A stretch of DNA of 64,000 bases, taken from assembly GCF_964355755.1 (NCBI RefSeq), contig NC_092679.1, positions 14,181,432 through 14,245,431 on the forward strand. Reading direction: 5' to 3'. This DNA is from Antedon mediterranea (lineage: Eukaryota > Animalia > Echinodermata). Below are positions 55,328 to 64,000 of the stretch, one piece after another (position 1 is the first letter of the stretch; each line of letters begins with the position of its first letter). Below the pieces are notes generated by a model. The model was not told the DNA's origin. It made no database searches and was given only the letters and a program-made list of their open reading frames with translations. The translations under genes and the position numbers were made by a program.

Positions 55328-55509
55328 ATAAGGTTTATCGCAAATAGCTTGAATTGATGAAGAATGTCATTTCACAATGCATGATGGAAGGGTTTGGTAG
55401 CAAACGTCACAATATATATGTACAAACAACAAATCACGTATGCGTCGTGAAGTTTGCACCCAAACCCTTCCCATAATGCGTCGCGCTCGCTATTTGCCAT
55501 AAACCTTAT
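55328..55509. mobile_element. Foldback MITE-like inverted repeat in the ZDHHC 5' intron
   Basis: ATAAGGTTTATCGCAAATAGC..GAAGGGTTTGG on the left mirrored by CCAAACCCTTC..GCTATTTGCCATAAACCTTAT; no clear TSD. Confidence 0.6.
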
Positions 55510-55712
55510 TCCTGAAAATAACAACCCCACCCCCTCTATAGTCTATTCGTAACTTTATTACTATTTTAGTATTTTTTTCCAACCACAGAAATATTCAGAT
55601 GCAATAGAAGAAATCAAAAGTTGATCCAAGTCGAATTGATCAAAAGTCCTACTGTATTCTCTCACAAAGCACAGTACAATTTATTGAAGAAAGTGACTGC
55701 AACGAAGCAACT

Positions 55713-56594
55713 ATGACTAATAAATGGGCAATTTTTTCCTTTATGAACCTTGCAGCCCCAATATACTGTATAATAATGCAAGTGGTAGTTGGATCAGTAA
55801 CGTATTTTATGTGCATCCCGACTATTTATCGGAATGATGATCAAACACAGTTCTGGCATCGTGCATGCTTTCTTATTTTCTTCATTGGTCTGGTAGTTAA
55901 TTATATTCTGTGTTTTGTGACCAGGTCTACACTTAAAAGAAACCAAGTCATCCAACCGACTAAGAGAGATGACAGTTCAGCAACAGTACTTCCAATGTAT
56001 TCAAGCGAATCGATGAAAGAATGGACCTACTGCACTCTGTGTCGACTGGATTCCCCACCTCGTTGCTATCATTGCCCGATTTGCAATGAATGTGTCTTAA
56101 AACGCATCTCGCATTGTTTCTTTGTTGGAAGATGTATAGGTCATTTCAATCATAGATACTATATCTCATTTCTTATCTATACAGTCATTGTAGCCTTTTA
56201 CAGCTTAATCCTGTACCTTAACTACTTACACGATGATTTTGGCTCTCCTTTTTCTCTTAATATCATCAGCTTTTTGTATCCTATCGCTTTAGGCCAGTTC
56301 TTTCTTGGTAAAACACCACTGGACTCTTTACTGCTGTTGACGCTAACATACCAGTGTTTGATGTACACTGTTGGCTGTACATTCCTGTTCTTTCAAGCTT
56401 GGTTCCAGCTTACAAATGGACAGACACCTCATGAAACCCATAATAAAATTTCTATCTACAAGTATACTATGAAAGAGAACATTCAAATTGTATTCGGACG
56501 GAAGTGGCTACTTGCTCTCATTCTTCCATGGCCAACGGCATTACCAAAAGACGGTATTACATGGGAAGTGAGCAATTTTACCAAAAATCTATAA
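55713..56594 (+). CDS. ZDHHC22/24-like palmitoyltransferase-family protein, single-exon CDS, DHHC motif replaced by ISHC
   Basis: 293-aa ORF with hydrophobic helices; WTYCTLC..PPRCYHCPICNECVLKRISHCFFVGRCIGHFNHRYY; GQTPHE (TTxE-like); ENIQIVFG (PaCCT-like); C-terminal LPKDGITWE. Probable 5'UTR intron from 54946 (gtaag) to 55588 (ccacag). Confidence 0.9.
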   Translation: MTNKWAIFSFMNLAAPIYCIIMQVVVGSVTYFMCIPTIYRNDDQTQFWHRACFLIFFIGLVVNYILCFVTRSTLKRNQVIQPTKRDDSSATVLPMYSSESMKEWTYCTLCRLDSPPRCYHCPICNECVLKRISHCFFVGRCIGHFNHRYYISFLIYTVIVAFYSLILYLNYLHDDFGSPFSLNIISFLYPIALGQFFLGKTPLDSLLLLTLTYQCLMYTVGCTFLFFQAWFQLTNGQTPHETHNKISIYKYTMKENIQIVFGRKWLLALILPWPTALPKDGITWEVSNFTKNL

Positions 56595-56890
56595 ACTTAC
56601 TGTAGCCATTGTGTAAACCGTCAACCTAGCAGGGTACATTTTATATTGTAATGCATGATTCTAAAAAATAACTTAAAAAATGAATTAACCAAAGGCTCTA
56701 AAACTGCACAATGACAGAATAGCAGATTAATTACTTAGTGTCAGATAAATTAAGAAATATACATTATATGGCTGACAACAGATAACAATATTTAATATTT
56801 CTATATCTACATGTGCAGTAAAATGTAGATCATGAATGAATCATCTGCATGGCCAGATGATTCATGTTTGTTACTTATAGGACAGTCTAA

Positions 56891-57025
56891 AGCTCTCTGT
56901 CTACACTATCAAGATTTGATGTGCCCATATAATATTAAATAATGGACATGATGATGTCATATTTGGGCATCTCATAGCCAACTATTTGGGTGCATCACAC
57001 TTTTTTTACAGTGTATACAGAGCGT
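56891..57025. mobile_element. Short MITE family (AGCTC..GTCTACACTATCAA); second copy at ~63289-63375
   Basis: Shared TIR GTCTACAC(T/C)ATCAA / AGTGTA(G/T)ACAG and internal ATGTGCCCA in both copies. Confidence 0.6.
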
Positions 57026-58147
57026 TATGGTACATAGTTGAATTAAGATCACTCAGTATAGTTAGCTATAGTTATTTAAACATTTTATTTATAAAAAAGA
57101 TATTTTCTGTTAATTAATTTTTATTTGCACAATATGGAACAATTTTTGTGTGCATATTATTCTACTCAAGTTAAATGTGTATTTGTATGTTATTCAGTAC
57201 TTGATTTGATACAAGTACTGTATCTGGTTTATATATAATATATATATATATACTGTATATATGACCATTGACATGAAATTGGTTTTCCTAACAGAACTAA
57301 CAATTACAGTAGTACTCTTTTGCATTTTTTAGCCAGATTGCCTTTTAACCAAGTCGTGACAGTGAAGTCTGGGTTTTTTTAAAAAAGCCCCATTCATGTT
57401 TTGGTTCAATACATTCCAGAAACACTGGTATATATATAATTAAGGACAGAAGAGCTTTAATTTAATCATGACACTTTTCCGTGTTTTAGTAAACAAGTTT
57501 GTGCAATTCTTGAACAATACCATGAGAAGGTAATTTTGAATTTTAAATAAACTATATGGAGAAGTACTATTTCTGACATACTATTAGTGTACAGACACGG
57601 TACTGTTGGCTTACAGGCTATTAAACCAGTATAATATTTTGGTGGTTGACCTATTTGATTTTTGGCTTTTCATAATGGACGCCACATATGTGGACCCCAA
57701 TAATATGGCCCATTTGAGCGCCACCACTGTACTTGATCCTGCTGGTGTTTTTATTTGCAGTTCACACATATGTATTGTTTGTAGTTATACTCTTTTATTG
57801 GATAATTATTATTGAGCTGGTTTTTGTATTTTTAGATAACCATTTTAGACAATTTGCTTAATTTTTACCATTTAAAAAAATTATTAATATATGTAACTAA
57901 CATTAACAACATATATTTTTAATTAAGTAATTATTAATTGTAATATATCACTTTTTTGTAGTACTTTTATATTTTTTGTATAATTTTCTGAATTACAAAT
58001 TGGTTATACTGTATAAAATTTATGCAAAGTTGTTTCAATAAATGTTGTCATTTCACACGTTCATTAACTGCTTACGAATTTTTAATAGAAATACCTTAGC
58101 AAATTATCTATTGTCGCATTGTCGATAGATTAGAAAGTATCGACTGT

Positions 58148-60319
58148 CAGGGCTGTAGCCAGGATCTGTCAAGGGGGTGTTCGCACACTAAGTATTTGGG
58201 TCACCCCACCCCCATACCTACCCCCCCCCCCCCTGGGGTGGGCCTGAGGCTAAGCAAATTTTGTTAAATGACACCCCTAGATGGCCGGAAAAGACACTCT
58301 CATGCAGCATTCTACCAATGAGCAAAACGATCGTACTTGGACTCGTGGACTATTTAAACGATAACATTTGTTGCCTATGTTAGATGCGCGTGCTCTGTGC
58401 GGAACCGCCGATTGTTTGATCATTTACTCGATATTTTGTTTTGCGTTCAAGTTCAATGCGAACGTACGTCTAGGAGAAGCCCCGAAAAAAGCACACTGGG
58501 TGAAAGCAAATGCAATTCTTATTATAGCTCTATCTATAATATTTATTTACAGCAATTTGTTGAGGAAATTAAATATGCCAATGTAAATAGGTGATATTGA
58601 TACATTTGAGTACGTATCGGCGAAGCAAATTTTGTTAAATGACACCCCTAGATGGCCGGAAAAGACACTCTCATGCAGCATGCTACCAATGAGCAAAACA
58701 ATCGTACTTGGACTCGTGGACTATTTAAACGATAACATTTGTTGCTGTATGTTAGATGCGCGTGCTCTGTGCGGAACCGCCGATTGTTAGATCATTTACT
58801 CGATATTTTGTTTTGCGTTCAAGTTCAATGCGAACGTACGTCTAGGAGAAGCCCCGAAAAAAGCACACTGTTTGAAGGAAAATGCAATTCTTATTATAGC
58901 TCTATCTATAATATTTATTTACAGCAATTTGTTGAGGAAATTAAATATGCCAATGTAAATAGGTGATATTGATACATTTGAGTACGTATCGGCGAAGCAA
59001 TGTTAAATGACACCCCTAGATGGCCGGAAAAGACACTCTGGCATGCAGCATTCTACCAATGAGCAAAACGATCGTACTTGGACTCGTGGACTATTTAAAC
59101 GATAACATTTGTTGCCGTATGTTAGATGCGCGTGCTCTGTGCGGAACCGCCGATTGTTTGATCATTTACTCGATATTTTGTTTTGCGTTCAAGTTCAATG
59201 CGAACGTACGTCTAGGATCGGAGAAGCCCCGAAAAAAGCACACTGGGTGAAGGCAAATGCAATTCTTATTATAGCTCTATCTATAATATTTATTTACAGC
59301 AATTTGTTGAGGAAATCAAATATGCCAATGTAAATAGGTGATATTGATACATTTGAGTACGTATCGGCGAAGCAAATTTTGTTAAATGACACCCCTAGAT
59401 GGCCGGAAAAGACACTCTCATGCAGCATGCTACCAATGAGCAAAACGATCGTACTTGGACTCGTGGACTATTTAAACGATAACATTTGTTGCCGTATGTT
59501 AGATGCGCGTGCTCTGTGCGGAACCGCCGATTGTTAGATCATTTTACTCGATATTTTGTTTTGCGTCCAAGTTCAATGCGAACGTACGTCTAGGAGAAGC
59601 CCCGAAAAAAGCACACTGGGTGAAGGAAAATGCAATTCTTATTATAGCTCTATCTATAATATTTATTTACAGCAATTTGTTGAGGAAATTAAATATGCCA
59701 ATGTAAATAGGTGATATTGATACATTTGAGTACGTATCGGCTGGTGGTCTAGAAAAAAATAATCGGATGCCATAATGTGAACTACAGTACATGATACCAT
59801 AGATATTATAGTGTAAAATATTAATATTCACTATAATCCTCTATGATACATTATACTTCATAGCCACACATAAATACTGATGTATGTCGGAAGGCTATAC
59901 TTTATGCATGCTGCCTGACTGCCAGTGATCTAAACAATTGGTACGCAGTTGTCTGGCGGTGTCCTTTGTACGAATCGTTCGTCCCCCCCCCCCCCCAGCT
60001 CGCTGTGAGACGCGTCAATATCATGTTGATAAAATCGGCAATTCATTTGCAACTCTTTCTTAGAAATTTACAGACTATATCGCTCGAAGTACGCTCATAC
60101 AGGGAAGAAGGTACTGTATGAGTTATTCCGAACGAGTTTACGAATTTTTTAATTTACGAACAACTTTTTGTACTGTGGGGCACGTATTTGGACGATTTTC
60201 GGAGATGAGGGTGAGGTATTGGGCATGTCGGGGATGGGGGTTCGCAGTCGGTTAAGGGGGGTTCGCTGTAAAGGGGGTGTTCGCCCGAACCATAAAAACC
60301 CCCCCTGGCTACGGGCCTG
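58148..60319. mobile_element. Non-autonomous TIR element with 5-bp TSD (hAT5-like) carrying an internal tandem array
   Basis: Left CAGGGCTGTAGCCAGG; right end reverse complement CAGGCCCGTAGCCAGG; ACTGT at 58143-47 and 60320-24. Confidence 0.85.
58252..59741. repeat. Four near-identical tandem copies of a ~372-bp unit
   Basis: Units start AAGCAA..TGTTAAATGACACCCCTAGATGGCCGG at 58252, 58623, 58995, 59370 and end GAGTACGTATCGGC. Confidence 0.95.
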
Positions 60320-60507
60320 ACTGTGTTGTAATAATCTATTATTGTTGTAAGCTCATAATTATATCAAAATGTATTATAATTACGCTTCTTGGTTGAGTAA
60401 TCGTCAGTACAAAAATCACCGCGCGTCGTTACAGCAGAAAGATGTCGCCGGCGGCGCGGAAAACAAACGAAACAACTACTATAGGGTGACCAACAGATGA
60501 TCGAGAA

Positions 60508-63500
60508 ATGGCTGAGCAAAATTCCGTTGAAGAACAAAAAGAAGAGGTAATAAAATCACCTTATTAGCTAGTCTTAGATATTTAGTAAAAATAACATATT
60601 TTTATGACTTGCATACTTTATTAACTATTCTTCAATCGTTATCATTCATATTCAAAAGGCTAGTGCCTAGGCTAGGCCCTTGTTGTGAGTGATTGTAGGA
60701 TTAGGTAAGCCTTTATGCGGCGTTTGTTTCGGTTTTGTATAGTTATTGGTCGTTTCGCTCTAGTTCTTCTAGCCTAGTACAGTGTATTTAAATACCTGTA
60801 ATTATTTTGCAGCTTTTTGCCCTCCAAGCAATATTTGATGATGGTAGTATCGTTATACAAAATGATGATCCAGATAGTGGACCGTTTTCTTTTAAGGTTT
60901 GTTTTGACATTTCTTTTTTTGCTAATTAATAAAAAAAACAACAATTACTAGTAGGCCAAGTAGTAGTAGGCTAGTACAGTAGTATCAGGAGTTATGTTGT
61001 TTTTTCTATTATTTCATAATTGAATGTAATTTAAAAAGTTTAAACTTGTATTGTATCACATTTACTGTACACTATTGTTTACCATATATAAACTTACAAA
61101 ATAACCCAGTCAACTAAAGATAGACTGATCAATTTCAATCTATTTTAAAAAGTGGGTAGTACTGTATTAGTAAGAAACAGAATTAAAAATAAGGACAAAT
61201 TTGGTAATTTGTAAGATTGGCAGTTGAATTTTCTCATACTCATCAAAGGCTAGGCTATAATGGAAGTGTTGATTAATTGTAAATTTTGGTTGTTTTTAAC
61301 TTAATTTTTCAAAAATATACCTTAATTTCTCAACAATAACTTACTTTTCAGCAATAATTATTAGCTTATTTTATTTCTTTTTTATCATACCATAGTTCAA
61401 AGTTCCTGTGCAATTGATTGGTACAACAATTCAAGTTGAAGTGTGGTTGCCAGATCAAGTGAACTGCAACATTGCAAAATCTGCTACTGCTCACTACAAG
61501 CCAGAGTCTTTACGACCTGACTTTGCACGTACTATATCAGGTGACTTATTTTTTAAATATTATACCTGTATGCCCGAGGCGTTTATTGTTGAGAAGTGGA
61601 GTAGGAAGGAATTCGTTTCAGGAGTGGTGAAGGAGAGGAAACAAATTCACTCATTACAAATGCTCGTACACAAGAATTGTTAAAATACACTACTCTATTT
61701 TGTTACACTAAAGAACATTTTTCTAAGCTGTTAACATCAGTCTATGATTATCAAATGTTTGTATTAACAAGCACGAATGTGCAATACTCGGGGTACAGCG
61801 AAAGAAGCTGTAATGACGTCATAAGACCGGATGTAACGTCACATACACATCAATAACCACGCTACCAAATACGGCTATACGGTACCATCTTCGAGACGTG
61901 ATATGGCTGCATCCGGTTTGAAATTAAAAAATCCAGCTCTATAGCTTTGAGGACATGTCCCTGTAGTATATTCATGCTAAATCCCAGCTCAATACTACAA
62001 CAAATAAGGGAGGAGTAGTACTTTATAAATCGCACTTTTTGCTCAATAGTGTCTGGATGGTAGAAGAAGAGGAAAAGATGAGAGAGTCCTAGACTCAGGT
62101 ACCCCGAGTAATAAAACGAGATATACTCTATATCATATTACGTATACAGTATATTTCACCATAAAGTTAAAGAAAAATAGGTTTCGCCAGGGCTCGAACA
62201 ACCGGGACCTTCTGCGTGTTGTTAAGCAGACTTGACAACCACTACACTACGAAACCTCTTGCACTAAAAATGTGGGTTACACAAAGTTTTTTAATCCATT
62301 TACATTACAGAATAAATATGGTAATAAGCACAAAGCAAAAGAAACATGTGTAAAAGTGATAATTACCGATTACACAAAATAGTTATTAAAATAATAATAA
62401 AAATAAGATATACTGTGTATAATTATCATATTGCGTATACAGTACTTTTCACCATAAAATTAAAAAAAAAGGTTTCGCCCGGGCTCGAACCAGGTACCTT
62501 CTGCGTGTTAAGCAAACGTGATAACCACTACGCCAAGAAGCCGCATATAACTACCTTACGCTGTGTGGTGTGTCACACATTGTGGCTTCTTAACTAAACA
62601 AATTAATTAACAAAAAAGCACGAATGTGCGATACTCGGGGTACAGCAAATGAAGCTGTAATGACGTCATAAGATGGGATGTGACGTCACATACACATAAA
62701 TAACCTACCAAATACGGCTATATGGTACTGTACCATCTTCGAGACGTCATATGGCTGCATCCGGTTTGAAATTTAAAAAATGTCCCTGTAGTATATTCAT
62801 GCCAAATCCCAGCTCAATACTACAACTAATAAGGGAGGAGTAGTACTTTAAAAATCGCACTTTTTACTCACTAGTGTCCAGATGGAGGAAGAGGAGGAGA
62901 AAATTAGTAAGTCCTAGACTCGGGTACCCCGAGTAAAAACAGAAAATATACAATAACATTAACAATGCAGTTGATAAATACATTGATTTTTATACTTTAT
63001 GTGTCAAGCCAGTGGTAATTCCAAACATTACATGAATGTATTTGAATACCGGTGCAAGTTAAATGAAATTAAGAAACAATGTCAATATCATTTGCATTAT
63101 GATCATCCTTTAAAAAAACATGAGATTATTGCTATTGAAATGAGTAGTGTTATTTGTTGAATGTATTCATTAATATTTATATTTACAGTTTTTAAATTTA
63201 TTTATAGGTATACAGGGACCTACTGTATACGTTTGATATCGTATGTTTTTAAATAACCAAGTTTTAGATTATATTCTGTTTTGTTTAAAGCTCCGTCTAC
63301 ACCATCAAACTTGTTTGTGATGGCATGTGCCCAAATATTACATTTTTTTGTCACAAAGTTTGATAGTGTAGACAGTAATAATACTTTTTTATTTTGCCTA
63401 ACATATTGATATTTTTGCATGGTAAATCCTTTACTGTTATTAGAGTTTAAATGTTTTAATATTCTCCCACAGGTCATAGGTGGCACACAAAATTCAATGT

Positions 63501-63707
63501 ATCAAATTTAACCCCAATTGAAATTGACATGATTTTCCCACCCAACTACCCTTCAGAAGACCCACCCTCATTCAAGTTGTCTTGTTTGTGGTTGTCAAGG
63601 CAACAATTGTCTGCAGTCTGTAAACAACTTGATAAGTTATGGGAAGAATATAAAGAGATGCCGGTTGTTTATACCTGGGCTGATTGGATTCAACATCATG
63701 TACTTAG
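60508..63707 (+). CDS. RNF14: RNF14-like RWD-domain E3 ligase, 5' part; exons 60508-60546, 60813-60896, 61396-61540, 63473-63707; continues beyond window
   Basis: Spliced: MAEQNSVEEQKEE|LFALQAIFDD...FK|FKVPVQL...TIS|GHRW...IFPPNYPSEDPPSFKLSCLWLSRQQLSAVCKQLDKLWEE...VYTWADWI. RWD YPxxxP motif; phases 0,0,1 consistent. Orthology versus paralogy not resolved. Confidence 0.8.
61766..62113 (-). mobile_element. Helentron-associated (HINE/DINE-1-like) non-autonomous element, copy A
   Basis: Minus strand: TT, subterminal ACTCGGGGTAC, CT-rich tract, body, inverted GTACCCCGAGT, GCACATTCGTGC hairpin, TTGTT; no TSD. Confidence 0.7.
62180..62256 (-). pseudogene. tRNA-Val(AAC) pseudogene
   Basis: GGTTTCGTAGTGTAGTGGTTGTCAAGTCTGCTTAACAACACGCAGAAGGTCCCGGTTGTTCGAGCCCTGGCGAAACC; small duplications disrupt the anticodon loop and T arm. 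Confidence 0.75.
62471..62542 (-). tRNA. tRNA-Val(AAC)-like, probably a pseudogene
   Basis: GGCTTCTTGGCGTAGTGGTTATCACGTTTGCTTAACACGCAGAAGGTACCTGGTTCGAGCCCGGGCGAAACC then T9. A and B boxes present; two acceptor-stem mismatches. Confidence 0.7.
62609..62938 (-). mobile_element. HINE/DINE-1-like element, copy B
   Basis: Diverged direct copy of 61766-62113 with the same subterminal IR and hairpin and an internal deletion. Confidence 0.7.
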
Positions 63708-64000
63708 GTAAATAATTATTTAAAAGCTCAAGTACAGGCATGAATTTTAAATATACTATCTGGTTAATTGTACATAAACAAGTATCTTTAACAGAAATCG
63801 AAAAAACATGAATTTCTTTAAAATGGCCAAATAAAAAAAATTCTGCTATGAAAGCCAGACAGACTTTTTTTAGTAGTTAGGTAGTTTAACCAATGAAAAA
63901 CCATATCCAGTGACTCCCTAGAAAGTGAAAAAAAGTTGGTAGGTACACAGGATAAACATGGTCCACTGTATTAACATCTGTCTGATTATCTAAGACGAAT

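Noticed and set aside
58368-59706. Six similar short ORFs suggesting a tandem gene family or CRISPR-like array
   Set aside because: They are translations of the 372-bp repeat with frame-shifting indels between units. There are no unique spacers, no cas genes, and the context is eukaryotic.
59798-59846. CATAG...CTATG palindrome as another P footprint
   Set aside because: Arms are imperfect and there is no clean flanking TSD; ATGATAC overlaps the end.

Overview
AT-rich animal genomic DNA with GT-AG introns. The frequent TAGGCCTA/CTAG tracts suggest an echinoderm, possibly a crinoid (inference only). Three protein-coding genes are supported. (1) A CRIM1-like gene on the minus strand (8057-52342), rebuilt by hand as 14 coding exons and about 934 aa: signal peptide, IGFBP, two CRIM-type Cys repeats, five full VWC plus one half VWC, three antistasin repeats, a TM helix and an RFSGYYS tail. 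(2) A divergent ZDHHC22/24-like gene with a single-exon CDS whose DHHC motif reads ISHC. (3) The 5' part of an RNF14-like RWD gene. Non-coding DNA is rich in non-autonomous elements: a P-type MITE with a 7-bp TSD, 19-27 bp CATGGAG palindromes that look like P-element excision footprints, two CAG-ended elements with 5-bp TSDs (one holding 4 x ~372 bp tandem repeats), a three-level nested insertion, Harbinger MITEs, a Rex-Babar-like LINE end, and two Helentron/DINE-like elements bracketing two tRNA-Val(AAC)-like copies. All coordinates and family assignments were read by eye, with no database searches.
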